From Botryllus schlosseri (lineage: Eukaryota), in assembly GCA_051294905.1 (NCBI GenBank), contig CM119382.1:21762001-21826000 (forward strand): a stretch of DNA of 64,000 nucleotides. The letters are read 5' to 3'. The translations under genes were made by a program, and so were the position numbers. Positions 22,690 to 37,300 of the stretch are shown piece by piece; the first letter of the stretch is position 1; every line of letters begins with the position of its first letter. Below the pieces are notes generated by a model. That model did not search any database and was not told the origin of the DNA. It worked only from the letters and a program-made list of their open reading frames with translations.

Positions 22690-23717
22690 GGATTATGAAA
22701 TCAGTTCAAGGAACGTCCACAAAGCATCTAAACTTTTGGTCCCTCTTCTTTTTCTTGTTGCTGTTCTTCCGATCATACAAGTCAACCAGACACATATTGA
22801 TTGCTCGCAGTTGTCACGCTCGCTTGTCAGAATGTTCGCATTTGAATTAAACCGCTTCAACAAGTATTTCAGCCTGGAACTAGAGGTTGAGTGTATTTTA
22901 ACTTGAACTAGAGTTGTGGGGCAGGAGTGTGTAACGCGCGAACCGTAGTCCAAGTGAAACACGCACAGGGACATGTGCTACGGATTCAGCAACCAAAACC
23001 GACCCCAACCAACCATAGGAGTTCATACCTCAACTTCATTTTGGAATTTCCACACCAGTGTTATGAAAAAGATCCGACGATACGCTCTGGTATTTTCTAT
23101 TCTTATATGCTCGGCATCAATATACCGCCTCACTAAGAGGCTTATACTGAACATAGGATACATCGAAAGTAGTACATCGATATTTAAAAAAAGCCTGAAA
23201 CAACATCAGTCATCTTATGTATTCCTTTAGGAACCAACTGTCGCGATAAACCCGCAACGTAATACGAGCGTAAGATGGATACCAATTATGAAGTATTTAT
23301 ATCGTCATGACTGATTGTTAGATTTTTATGGAGTTTGGCATTAGATAAATATATATTTTGTATGAGGAAAGTCGTGAAAATACATGTGTGCTTCGGTAAA
23401 TAATGTGTTGATGTCTTTGTCTCTTTTGGATTTTCTAGCCACTATCAAGTAATAGCTTCTATCGTCATTAGGCGATGGAATCTAAACTCATTATGTATTC
23501 ATTTTTCGCAATAACATTTGAAATTCCAGCTCCGTGGACTTCGGTGACGTTTGTGAAATCAGTGCGCGCGAACAAAGACCGGTTGGACGTTATCAGGGAC
23601 ACTTGGGTAGGAAAGAAGTGGTGTCGAGACGCAAGATTCGTTACAATCTTCATTCTCGGTCGAAGCAATGGCCAGTTGCGGAGATATTTTGCTTTTGGAT
23701 CTTCTCGATACTGTCGA
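22690..23717 (+). pseudogene. Disrupted GT31 beta-1,3-glycosyltransferase paralog (5' exons only)
   Basis: Stem exon (SYLNFILEFPHQCYEKDP) ends at 23089 in phase 1; intron 23090-23529; exon 23530-23717 reads WTSVTFVKS..NKDRLDVIRDTW..TIFILG, then frameshifts near 23679 into GDILLLDLLDTV and a phase-2 donor GTGAGT. In-frame TAG at 22909. No matching 3' exon found downstream. Confidence 0.7.
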
Positions 23718-24039
23718 GTGAGTCGGCCCCGCACTGACATTATTTATAACCAACTGCATTCAAGTCGCCGAGGGTTCTCACCAACAAGATTCATAATAGA
23801 TCATGTGCAATTTGCTCCCTAATACTTACGGAGAATGTGCCTTCAACTTCCAAGTTATGACCTCGCGTCAGCAAATGATTCTTGGATATAAAAATTCTGG
23901 ATTCCTTTTCAACAAGTGGCTCCGTATTCGAAGTATTCGAACAGATTTATAAATCACCAGTAACCAATCGAAATATTACCATGTGAAATGAAGTTTTACT
24001 ATTGTTCGCGGCAGTCTTGGACAACTAGATAATTCTAGA

Positions 24040-24380
24040 TAATTCTAGTTGTCCAATTAGACTAATTATAGCGAATGTCGGTGATCTAATTCTGATCCAA
24101 TTTGTGAAATGTTTCTTTGTTCTAATTCTGATATAATTTGTGAAATGTTTCTATGCTCTGATTTTAATTCTAATCTAATTTCTGTTTTTTCTGTAAATGC
24201 TACAGGAAGACTGTACAGTGCGAAATGAGCCAAGCCTGCTGTACAGATATTTGCTATTCTCATGCTGATATGAATTAATGAACTCTGATTCGATGTCCAA
24301 CTTTTCGCGAATTATGTAATTCTAATCTAATATGAAAAAAATATGTTGTTATCATTCTAATTTTGATCTAATTGGAATTC
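24040..24380. repeat. Dispersed repeat (TCTAAT-rich), second copy at about 34480-34830
   Basis: Shared GATAATTCTAGTTGT..AATTAGAC, TTTGTGAAATGTTTC and TACAGGAA.ACTGTA blocks. Confidence 0.7.
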
Positions 24381-26402
24381 CTACTGCTTTATTTACTGAT
24401 GACGGGTGAGCGAATGAATGGAAGTAGTCCGTAATACGACTGAAAAGACTTCACGAAGATTGATGTTACTGAACTTAAAATACGGCCGCAAATGACCCCA
24501 GAGTTTAAAAGGTCCAATGTCGTGAATAAAGCAACGAGCAGACAAGTGTAGCGTAACCATAGGGAAAGAAACAACACATGCACACATAACACAGGCTGTT
24601 GTTACGTCATAGAGTGCATTACTAAATAATCAGGTTGAACTTCTCTAGCGAAATGGTGAAACGCATGTGCAATCCTTAAAGAGCCGCAATCAAAGGCTCG
24701 CGTGCCGCAATTTTCCAACCACAATAAATAGGCAAGTTTATGCTTCAGAATAACACTAACGTACAATGTTTAGATCAGCTCTTCGTAGCTTGTAAAGTAC
24801 ATTCCTTTTGTGACGTAATAAGCAAATGTTTCTCGTCATCATTTTACGATGGTAATCGATTTACTGGTGCCTTTTGGAGTAGATCAAAATGGAATTGCTT
24901 GCGATATCTGTCTATAACAGTGGTTCCCAAACGGTGGGTAATTCGCCACTGGTGGGGAATTTCGGGATTTCAGGTGAGGAATATAGACTCACCTTTGAAA
25001 AAATCTTTACAGTAATATTCTCCTTTATAAAATGTCGTTTTGAAATGCAGTTTATGCAGTTTATGCAGTTTACGTCCTCAAAGTATAGCGGGGTATTAGT
25101 AATCACAACACAGTTACCGAAATTTGTAACAGTATTTGCAACAGTATTATAAAGTGGAGAAGATTGGATTTGCCAACTGCGTCGTGAGCTCGTGACCTTA
25201 TTCGTTGCTCGAAGGAGGATGAATGCTGCACCCCTTTTGATTTGTTGTCAATTTGTCAATGAATATTTTCAATATCTACTCAAAATGCTACACTCATGCG
25301 GCTTTTACAGCGAAAAAGTTCCGAAGCCACTGATCTAAGCTGACAGCATCCTGGTCTGGAACCCAGTGTTATTACAAATCATCAACGGTTTTATACAATC
25401 ACTGATGACGCGCACCCTAAGGAAGTACTTGCCCTTCGTTATCGAACAGCATGAAACAGTTTTTACGGCGTACATAATCGGTATTACAGACAGTTCGGAC
25501 ATGGATAACTCTAACGACATAGAACTCCATCGACAAGACATCCCTGGATCTATCACAGTTATATCTGAATTTGACACGCTGATGCTGTATATATTAGCGT
25601 TGTTCTAAAATACCTTCTTACTTCAAATATTACTGCTATTCGATGGAATTGTTAGGCTGGCTAACACAACGCTGCACACCAAATTTGGGCCGTAGTAACG
25701 CCGTTATTGGAGTTAAAATATTTCAAATTTATCTTTGAAAAAATAGAAAGATGTTTTTAATTACTGATTACTGCTGGCATTACCATGACATTTTAAGTCG
25801 TCTTTAAAATGATGCATAGCAAATTTAGGTCAATTCCAACCGGCACAAGTTATTGATGTTCAAAAGCTTGGATTTGAAATAGCGGTGAGTACTTCAATAA
25901 TAATAACTGAACAATTTCTCACTGTATCATTTTACTAGTTAGAATAAGATTTGTTAGATTTGTTAAGCATCGTCCACGATGCGAATATGTGTTACCGTTC
26001 GATACTAGATAAATATGCTACTATAAAGGCAGCTCCTGCTGAACTCTTTCTCTCCGGTGATAACGCGGAATAGCCTTCGCAAGTGATTCAACGACAAGCG
26101 CCCGAACGCTCTGCAGGGCTATGCAAATATATCAGTATATCGGTTACGTCAACGTAGATTGCTCGAGTGTAAGCGCAAAGCGATTACCGCAGATGCGATG
26201 AAATACCATGAGAGATTTACGTCATCCCGATGCCCATGCATGTGTGTATGGGTATGGGGTCTTATGGTGCTACGTAATAATGCCACGAAATAATGCAACA
26301 AAGACATTAATGACAACGGGCCGACCCATAATTAGTGAATACGTTCCCTCGATCTTCAAATAGGCCTACACCACTGACGTCGCGATTTCGGACTTCACGA
26401 GC

Positions 26403-28456
26403 CACTGGCGTAGCCAGGGGGGGGGGCGAAAGGGGCGGTCGCCCCCCCCAAATTTTTTGAAAATTTTCGTAAAATCAATAGATATTAGACTATTTGGGGG
26501 CAAATGTATGCAACCTAAAATTTTTCTTCGCGCATCGCGCGATTTAGTGTCCGTTCATGTCCTAATTTTATTATCGGTATCACGAAAAAAAATTATTCCG
26601 CAAATACCCATTATTGAATTTAGCTGCATTCTCAATTATGAGAATACAACCGTACCAGTAGATGCACTAGAGTAGCCTGAGGTCGTTGGGTTGATTGAAT
26701 CTGTAGGAGTGTCAGTTCAGTATGGGGGTTGGGGACTGTTAGCTCCTGCAACTTCCGTTCCGGGACACACGAAGATATAAAAAATAGGCTACATGCGACT
26801 CCGCAAAGTGCGCTCCCAAAATGATTGACGACCATAAAACCGACCCATGTATTCCGAAGCCTTCGATATAGATTTTCGGGTGCTTAAATGGCTGGCACCT
26901 AATGATCCTGTCCCTGCAATCAGACCCCTCCAACATAAACGCAACTGGCACAGGAAAATATCACCCCCTCCCGTTAAAAATTGCTAATTTGAAATTGAAC
27001 GAGTCTGATCAAAGGAGTTTTTTTAATTTGGTCTGGTATGTATCAGCGATTTCAATCTTTAAAGTAGCGTCAATCTCTACCAGAGGTTACGCCCAAACCG
27101 TGCTTCAACGGAGTAATAAGAATGGACACCACTTGCTCATATAGACGTACCAATATTAATGATCAAATTGTTTCATTTTTTCAAAAAACATTTATGCTCC
27201 GCGCGACTGGGGCCGAAATTCACACTGATTGTTCATCACTTTATGTCAGCGATTTGGGCTCGTCCGTGCAACGACCGCCTAATACAAGCTATAGTTGGCA
27301 ACTGGAAGCTTCCATAGAGTATGTGTGTGTGTGCGTCTAAGAATCGTATGTATAAAGGGTAGTGATGAAATTGCCTATGGCAGGATGTACGGTTCTGCGA
27401 GATGTTCCCACGCGAGATATCCCCTAAAGTCATAACCCCCCCTAAAAAAAATACAAATAAATTGTTTTTCTGGCTACGACCTTGCGTGTGCTCGATCTCT
27501 TGAGTGGTGACAGCATTCTACGCAAGTCATCAAGTAACAGCAATAAATGACAACTGTCTCGTCCGGCGTCCTCCCTCTATAGAACAGGGGCGGCCAACCC
27601 ATGGCCCGCGAGAAGGTTTTGAGAGGCCCGCGGGTTCATTCTCGAAATTACTAATATTATCAACAAATAAATCACCAAAACCGAATAACCAAAATTTGAT
27701 TAGCCTGACCGCGAAATTTGGGATTTTGCCGACTAAAATATCAGTTCCGAGCTCCGACGCATTGGCGTAGCCAGGGGCCAGCCACATTTTCGCAGATCGT
27801 GGTATATGACTATATAATGTACAATATTTCGCGCGGCTAGGTCGGGGATCGACACCAAGTCTTCATGTCATAATTGTTATTGATTTTGATGCGTATAATA
27901 TAAGTATTGTTTTCAACGTTACCTATTATCCGGTACGCTCCTATCGGAAGACTAAAAAAGCTCATCACCATTCAAGTGGCCCACGCAATGGTTCGTAAGT
28001 CTCATGTGGCCCTTTGGCCACCCTGCTCTAGAAACTCTAAATAGTCTTGCCGTGTGGTATGAGCATATTGCTCAAGATGTATAATTAATTGCCCGCTGAA
28101 TGTTTGATGACACCACTTCTATCAGCCCTGCCGGTAAATCTGATAATGAAAACGTATTTGCAATATGCAAATACCAATATAATGAACCAATTTCATTCAT
28201 TAACCATGAAAAATTTTTGCGCTTCGCGCGAAAGTGTTGTCGTCCTGGTTTTCCACAATCATCATTATTCACATCCGTCTGTGAGTGGAATATATATAAC
28301 GACCGCCCCAGATGTTGTGTTAATCATCCAATAAGCGCCCAAGTCCATCGATTTTACCTATTTTTTCCTTATCTTTAAGGGGGGGGGGGGGGGGGGTCAT
28401 TTACTTCATCGAATTTTTCGCCCCCCCCCCAAATATTTTTTCTGGCTACGCCCTTG
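26403..28456. mobile_element. hAT-type non-autonomous element, 2054 bp, with nested insertions
   Basis: Termini CACTGGCGTAGCCAG...CTGGCTACGCCCTTG; exact 8-bp TSD TCACGAGC. Confidence 0.85.
27585..28025. mobile_element. Nested hAT-type MITE
   Basis: CAGGGGCGGCCAA...TTGGCCACCCTG; TSD CTATAGAA/CTCTAGAA (7 of 8). Confidence 0.7.
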
Positions 28457-31326
28457 TCACGAGCCATAAACTTTAGGACTCAATAAATTTTTTACGGCCT
28501 TTGTGACGTTATATTTGATTGTTGTTCAGTTTCGCCATCGAATGTGTAATGTAAACATGGAATGGCGACGTTATTATTGGACTTTATTGGATATTGCGAT
28601 GCGCAGCTTAGAGGGAACATTGCTTGTATCCACACCATCGGTTAACGGTTATATGGATAATCCAACCCTTGTGTGAAAACTGCTTGACTCGGACCATATA
28701 CTCTCCGACATTTTGGCGCTGGCCGTAATTTCCGCCCCACAATACACTAATACCTGTCGCGTTTCGGTGCATCGGCGGCGGTGATTAACATTTGGTCCCT
28801 AAAATCGCAGCACTTTGGAGAAACCTTCAATATTAATATCTCCACTGAAATGCCTTATGTCCCTGGAATCTACGCGAGTTGTATTGAAAACCCTATGGGG
28901 GCCCGATAAATGCGTTTGGGGGTGGCTTGAAACAGCGCTGTTTCGATTCTGGATAGGAGGTACGAGAAACATTTCATGGGTACGAGCGCTACAATTTTTG
29001 TCGTTGTTTTTGGTATTTATGGTGCTTGCCGATTACTACGGTCATTTACAACAGACCAATTTTCTTCACTGATTTAAGCAATGCTATCCTCTCTCAATAA
29101 ATATATTGATCAGTTCGAGACAATGAATATATTCCGACAGTTTAAAAAATAGGCTATTCATAAGCGATACAATAAATAGTGGATAAGTTGTATATTTGAT
29201 GGAGTCGCACATCAATTATTCCTAAAATGATTGATCTTGATATTCGTAAACGAAGGCAGACCAAATAAATGTGCACGTGCATCGTCGTAGTCAATCTAAA
29301 TTTATTCCATCAATTGCGTTAGTTACCGTTAGATGAAAACTAATTCTTCCGGTATTAGTGAATTGACGTTGCCGTCTGACGCCTTCGTAGTAAATCAGTC
29401 TGTATACCGGACTTCCGTCAGCAATCAGCCAAGTCTTTGCATCGATAGCACCTGTTCACTAGAAGTTTCGGGATCATACCACTCATATCTCTTACACTTA
29501 CACAGTTACAGTCTTGAAATCCTTGAAGTGGTTAATGTATACACTATACACACACTACAGTTTGAATCGTCTTTGTAGAACTAAAAGTGGATTATGCGTG
29601 CTGTAACAATGCTACAATGTGCTCACTTACACATGCGAATTAATGGATTATATGATTACCTGAAATGCTGTAATTGTGGTTATGGATTACGACTACAAAT
29701 CACGATAACCACATGTCTGCTGAGGAGAGGTGTAGCAATGGTTGATTGTTCACTTTCGTCCAAATGTATGATGCGGCGTTTTTCAATGATTGGTTGGTGA
29801 AATGCTCACACATGATAGACACAGACACGAATATATTACTGGCTTTTACCGCATTGTTGCATAAGACGTTGGTCGTACGTTACACGCTCTTATTAGATCT
29901 ATAAGGGATTATGGCATTGTAGGTTGCAGTAATCGCATTTTTCGCGAGGTCGCAATTACACAACCCCTTGCGAGCCTTGCCTGTTATCGCCCAAGGTGTT
30001 GTGCACCTCATTCCATTGTAAAGTAGGTCATCACGTCTGAGCCACGATATAATCACGCTGTGCTGCATGCAAATAGAACTATAATTTGTCTGATATGGTC
30101 AGTACAACAGTATTACTCTCGGTCACCTCACAGGTTCGCGATACTCAGACATGAAGCGCATATTAATTGGACTGCAAAGTTTTCAGAACTGGGTTACTGC
30201 ATTGACCTATCCGACGGGCAGGAATTGTTCACAGCACAGGCATGCGGCACGATTTTATGAGCCATGTCCCTTGGAAGTAGAAAATCAATGCACACATGAA
30301 AGCAACTGACATCAAATCCATGTAGCCTACATTGTACATCGAGATATAAGTATACTCATTCCTATGTTTTGGGATTCCGAGACTGGATTCACCTGGAGAC
30401 TGTGTCTTCATAGTGTTTATTATGGTCACATACTTACACCATGAATCAATTATTCATTACACAGTTGTAGTGAAAATTATATGAATGCATTGATCGACTG
30501 GGAAGAGTGGTCCCAGAATAGTCCTAATTGTCGTTGAATTGTTGAATTGCGCCAATGCGCCTATAGAGAATATAGGCTACTTATGAGCTGGAGTTGTTTC
30601 AATAAGCTAGTACATTTCACGCATTCGATTTCGTGGAGGCGCTGTAAGGTGCTGAGCTCTCTTGCCGCGCTCTCAAAGTCATCTAGAAAGTGCAGTCTAA
30701 TTAGCATAACAGAAATGGACAATTGTGGACTTTAGTCCACTTAATATGCGCGAAGAGAGGCTGTGGCGTACAGGGCAAGCGGTTTACAATCTGTACATCC
30801 CGCTGTGGTCGCATATGCATACTACTTGGAAAGGAAATGAACTGCATGAAGGGGTATAGTGACCATATTCTAATGTCCAATGGCACCAATTTAATCGTTA
30901 TCGCCATATTGAGAGCAAGATGCTCCTTGTAGCTCGCCTCCCGCCGGCGGTAACGTTCATTATATATACGGGTAAGCGGCAGTTACCCGCAATTCTGGCG
31001 CGATATGAAATAATTAGAGGTAACGATCGGTCACACCGGGAAAGCTCGGAGGCTTTTGCACTTCTGATTGTTGCGGAAAGTTATAGATCTTAGTACCGCA
31101 ATATGCTATGCGTCCAATGTGGGGCGGCGACTACGAGCTATGAGTGGAATATCAATTATTTTAATGACGTGTTTGCCATATTTCTGTAACAGCTGTTTGG
31201 TAGCTGTATTTATCTTAACAGATTAACATATGTTCATGTTCACTTATATGCAGCAAACTTTCCTATTTCGTTAGATTCCTTGATGGGTCGTTGAAATTAT
31301 TCAGACTAGCTCGCACCAACTGTACC

Positions 31327-34300
31327 ATGTCAATGGGTGTCCATAGATGGATTTCATTTAGCATTTTGATGTGCAGTCTGGTTTACGACATCGACGCGAA
31401 AACTTTAACCTGCAAACCGGTTATCATTATACATGGAATTTTGGATGGAAGATCGGAAATGGAAGATCTGACAAGCAGAATGGAACAGGTAGGATTAGAT
31501 ACATCACGATAGGCAATGCAAGGACGAGAAATTAATGAGCAAGGAATCGTTAGCAACTCGTTAGCAAACACTGGTGCGCTCTCGATGGGAATCAATAATA
31601 GTCTGAGAATTAATATTGATTTGTGTGCATCGCAGAAAATATACGATCCTAGTATACGATGGCTAATTGACATGAGCGAGTAGTCCTTCAACTTGACGGC
31701 ATGTAAACGCAAACGTTTTTCAGACATTTCCGGGAGCGCCAGTTCACGTGATCAACCTTTTCAATTACATGGAAAGCTTACGACCGCTATGGCAACAAGT
31801 AGGTGCTATACGAAGGGACATCAAGTCGATCATGAATTCCGCTGACAACGGAGTAAATATTATTGGATTTTCACAAGGTTTGTAGTTCAATGACGCCTTG
31901 GTAATTATGCCTTCAGATATATTTTTGCACTCCGCCTATACCAGTGGTTCTCATCCTTTCTGTCTTCCCGGACCCCTTTTCGACCGTCACGGACTCTGTG
32001 GCCCCCTCAAGTTTTCGTTAACGATTATACCAATCATCATGCAAATATTAACTGTAGACTTGTGATAAATCGCCAAAAATGACTTTTCTTGAGAGTAACA
32101 TCATACTATATGTAGAAATTGGGTAGTCTTTAATTATATCGAGGCCAATTTCGCAGCTGTATGTATTGTCTTGAAAACCCGCGTCTCAGATTTGGTATTG
32201 ATGAGTTCCAAAAATCCATTTCTACAACTACAGGTGGTGGCGAATGTAACATTAACGCGCAACGTTTCCGACGACACCCTTGCGTGTGATCGCAATATTT
32301 GGCACTAATATTGGCAAACAATGTTTTTAAGGAACATATCTCGTCCAGCCTAGTCATTTTTTATCGAGTAGCTCGTCTTGAAGTTATTCTAGAATAGTGG
32401 TTATGTATATCACAGGAGCGAATGGATTTCGCGGGGAGGTTTCAATCCCTTCATTGGGACAGATTAGGAAAAAAAATCAGGAATTTCTATTTCAAACGAC
32501 TGTTCACTAATTTGCTGAAACTTCAAATCCATAATATTTTGTATATATTTCAAAGTCACCCTGTTTGACCTTACTATCTCCAACTTTTCATTTTAAAGAA
32601 ATGCCCGTTCGAACTTTTCATTTCTATACAAACCCAAAAAACACGTCTCCAAACAGCACGTTGCATGCATCAGTAGGCTATTTGCAATTTGGCAATCAAA
32701 ATGAGTTTGCACAGCAGGATATTTCACCGAGACGACATTTCAATGATGTGAGTCCTGGAGGTTTAACAATTATAAAGTGAAACTGTCTTATGCTGTCCCG
32801 AATTTAAAAAAAATAACAATTTGTTTATCAATCATCCTAAAAACTTCGACGTTTCGTGGACCCCCTGAAAATTCTTCGCGGACTCTTATGTTCGTAATTT
32901 ATGTAATATAAATACAGGATATGCAAGCAATTTAATTAAAGCAACATTCTTACGAATAATATTTCGGCTTCGTTCAGGTCATCGCCGCCTTAATGCACAT
33001 TTATACAAAATTGGATGCAGATACTGATCTATGACCATTGTACAGTACCTGAAACAGTCGAGCATTTTTTGCTGCACTGCCATCGATATGATTTTCATCG
33101 AAACTTTTTATTCGACTGGGCGCGCGAGCTCAAAATCGCTACAACACTCGAAAATCTACTGATCGTCCCGAAATGATATCTAATGTTGCAGAGTCCGTTC
33201 TAGCGTGTGGTACATACTTCTAAATCGGTTATTGCCCACATTGTGGTGTACCGACCGCACATTCTAGTCCGTGACGCACCTGGCCTCAAAGGCGAAAAGC
33301 GTCACTCCCCTTTTCATCAATAGTAATAATGCTAATAACCAAAATAAGGTCATCTTTCCCATCTCTAGTCCCGAAATATCCGTCTCGCTGCATTTTTCTT
33401 TGATTGTCTTGCCAACTGTGGCGTTCACTGCGTCGGAGTCGAGATTTTAATGGCATTTTGTTACTTTTCTAGAAAAAGTGGACAAATTCCCAAAAAACGA
33501 GGACATTTAGGCGCCCTCCGTGGACACTTTCAATGTATTAAAAAAAGACAGATCCTCTTGAAAGAGGACATATGATAACACCAAGTAACCATTTCAGGTG
33601 GACTTGTTGCTAGGGGCATCATACAAACAATGGACGATCACAATGTAGATACCTTCATTGCTTTGTCATCCCCATTGAACGGGCAATATGGAGGTGGGTG
33701 TTCCTTTTAGCTGATGAATTGTACGTAGTTTATCGCTGCTATCCTTTGCATTAAGGTACGTCGTACTTCAGATGGGTGTTTCCTAATATAGTGAAAAGGA
33801 ACTTTTTCAAGATTCTATATACAAGATACGGACAAAGATGGTCAATCGCAAATTATTGGAGAGGTACAATATTTATTTAGGACTTGAAAGCATCAGGCGC
33901 GTGCCATATATATCCCGTATTAAAAGACTGACGTCGGCTACCAGCATGACTTTGGGGGGGGGGGTAAGGAAGTCGGAATACTATATTATAGGTCAGGGGT
34001 GGGCAGACCTGATTCATGCGCGAGTCGCATATCAAAATCTTGGCTTCCAAAAAGACACAACCACAAAAATTAAAAAATACGAATTTATTCCGTCTCAACG
34101 GATTGTAGGCTATTATTGTGTGGTGATACGTTGCGTCTCCACCAGGACTGCAAGGTGCTTGGAATCAGGCTGATATTTACGCCGAACAGTTAAGGAAGAT
34201 GTCGGCTCGGTAATCTTATTACTCCGTAAATCGGATTAAACCTCAGGCGAAGCGCATTTGCAAGCATTTAAAAACCGCAACAAGGCTCAAAGAGCCGTAT

Positions 34301-37300
34301 GCGGATCGGAAGCCGCAGTTTGCCCACCTCTTGCATATAGGCGAAGGCAATATCTCCGAAGATTTGTAACAATACCAAATATGAATGGATCAAGTAGACA
34401 TATGGATGGTTATTTAGGTACCGCAGCTGGCTTTTCTCACACGGATATCAATCAGTCCGAGGTAGACTTCGGCAACTATAGATAATTCTAGTTGTATAAT
34501 TAGACGAACTTACAGCGAAACGCTAGTAATCTGATTCTAATCTACTTTGTGAAATGTTTCAATTTCATTTTAATTCTAATCCAATTTCTCGTTTTCCTGA
34601 AAACGATACAGGAAAACTGTATAGCGTGAAACGACCCAAGCTTGGTGTACTGACATTTGTCATTGTCATACCTCGTGATAAAGAACTCTGATTTGATATA
34701 AATTGAAGACGATTTTTGTTGTTTAGAGTATTAGCGAATGTAGTAATACTAAATCTAATTCTTATGTATAGAAAAGATGTGTAGCTCTAATTGTAATTCC
34801 AATCTAATTAGGAAAAGCTAAAAAATGTCCAATTGTTCAACCCTTGTCCAAGGGATATGTGAAGGATATGTAGCGGTATGGATTTGGATTACAGATTTAA
34901 CCGTTACTTGGGTTTGCGATTAGCGTTAGAAGATATGGTCAATTATGGAGTTGATAGTGTCAAGTTTCATAAAATGTGGCGGATTCAGCTAAAATGTTAA
35001 ATTGATGGGGGTCACGTTTGCGGTGCTCACGGTCACACTTATAATAGAGGTGAAACTCTGACTATTTGCTAAATCCCAAGAAGCACCATATTTAATTATT
35101 TGCCAAGAAATCATGCCACTTAAAAGGTCTAAAGGTGTAGTACACATAATAATGGTGCGTACATACGAAACAATTTCCAATACAAAGTGGGGGGAGGGGC
35201 TCAGCAGCAAGGCGGAGTTTCAAAATAGCTTGATTAGGATACATCGTATTTTATCTCTGTTTGCACATTTATAAATCAGAAGTACATAATTATATTTTTG
35301 AGTGTTTCTTATTATCTATGAAGTAATTATATGCAATAATTCAAACTCCGACTCGAACAATGCGGTGTACTACGTCTTGATTCACGAGAACGCTCGTAGA
35401 TCATTTACCAATACCTGCCATTTGTGGGATGACGGTTGTCATTCGGCATTCAATAGCACCCCGTTGTGAAATTATTAATGTATAGAGTTAGATTAATGAT
35501 TGGATAATCTCATTATAATTAAATAGATCCTCACCACTTGGACGGTTACCGCATGTACAGCAGCTTCCTAGCGCAACTGAACAACGAATCGGTGGTGGAG
35601 TATAACTCCTTTCGAAATTCATGGAAGACGAACTTTCTGCGGTTGAAACGACTTGTCTTGGTGGGTGGACCAGATGATGGAGTGATCACGCCATGGCAAA
35701 GTTCGCAATTTGGTGCTTTTGACTCTGATGAAAACGTCGTTCCCATGAGAAACTTACAGGTATTGCATCAAAACTTATTTTAATAGCATCGATATCGTAG
35801 TCTTTTCGAAATTAACTTGATATGTAGTGACTTGATTAAACTATGTAGCCTACGTCTGCGCGAGTGCGTACATTAATAAAATGTTTATTTTTTTAGAATA
35901 CACCCGCGTGTACGTCAAATGTGTTAGATGTAAAACTACTCCTTGATTTATTTCATATTTTTTGAAGTAGAGGCTAGTGTTTGGGCAGATTCCTATCACT
36001 ATTGTGATAGAAATTATCATAACAGACCGGCGATGCTGCCAAAGTATCACCAGCACCGTAACTGCCGCACCCCAAACCCCCAAATTGGGAGGGGCCCGAG
36101 CTCGAAGGGGGCCCAAATTTTTTTCGTGAATTAGGATAAATCATAGAGAATTTTTTGAAAATTTATGCAATTTTTTCAAAAATTTTTCGCGCAGGGCGCG
36201 AATTCATGTATAGCTATTAGGGTTGTCCATAATTTGGAAAATCTCACAAATGCTGCGTATCCATGTCTCATTCTATAGATTATTGATAAAAAAACGTCAA
36301 TGAGCCTGCAATAAGCTCACAGGAAAGTCGTTAAGATTTGTCTAAATGCGTTTGAAAGTGGCTGCCACAGAGTGGGCGTGGCTGCCACAGAGTGGGCGTG
36401 CCAGCGACCATAGAACGGCGAGAAGACTAGTAATCACGAAATTCCGTCTCATGATTGGTTAATCAGTTATGCTTGAATGATCGCGACCGCAGCAACTTGC
36501 TGATTACGTGCTTCTACTCTTCAAAGAAGTTTGCTAACGGCGATGATTCTGTAAGGGCATTGTAGGTTGGTGACTTAACAATAATATGTGACACCTGGTG
36601 ATTTAATGTTTTAGTTTAAAAGTCGGTTACGATAGGTTTATAGCAGCAATAGCCTATTGCAGACATGGCCGAGGTGTAACAGCGAATAATTGTGAACTTG
36701 TAGAAGTGAGTATAAATCCCAGAAGCATCTAGTCTAATATGCTTGCGATTACGCCGAGTCCTCCTGCTTCCTGGGTGCAGGTAAAGTATTAGCCATCGCC
36801 AAACTGGTGCAGCACAGCATGTGAGACGGATGCTGCGGGGCACAATCCTGTATGCTTATAAGATGATATGTGGACCGACCAGGTAGCTTACATTGGAACT
36901 CTGAAGAAGTGTAACTACCGCATCGATTAAATGCATTTATATATCCATGTCTGGTTTGATTCAAACATTAGTCGTGATGCAGCCAGTGATGATCCATGAT
37001 TCATTTAGGAGAGGCTAAGCTCTTCAAGCAAACTGGAGTTTTGCTGACCCTACCAGCATAGCCTGTGCTTACCTATAGATCTCTTTCTGTGGTATGATTG
37101 AGAACTTTGACAGCACTTACGGGTAGATTCATTATGCTGTTAGAATCGGACAGGTGCCACGCATAAACGGACGATTCAGCCCATCCTTAGAGCATTCAAG
37201 ACCTAAATTATATACCACGACCAGAGCCTAATAAGATCAGACAAAGTATGATCACTGTTAAGATTTATATTTGAAATCAGTGATGGTACATCCCTTCTGA

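Noticed and set aside
25335-25608. ORFs as the missing GT31 or sulfotransferase exons
   Set aside because: No DxD, YPPY, EDV or PAPS-binding motif; resemblance too weak.
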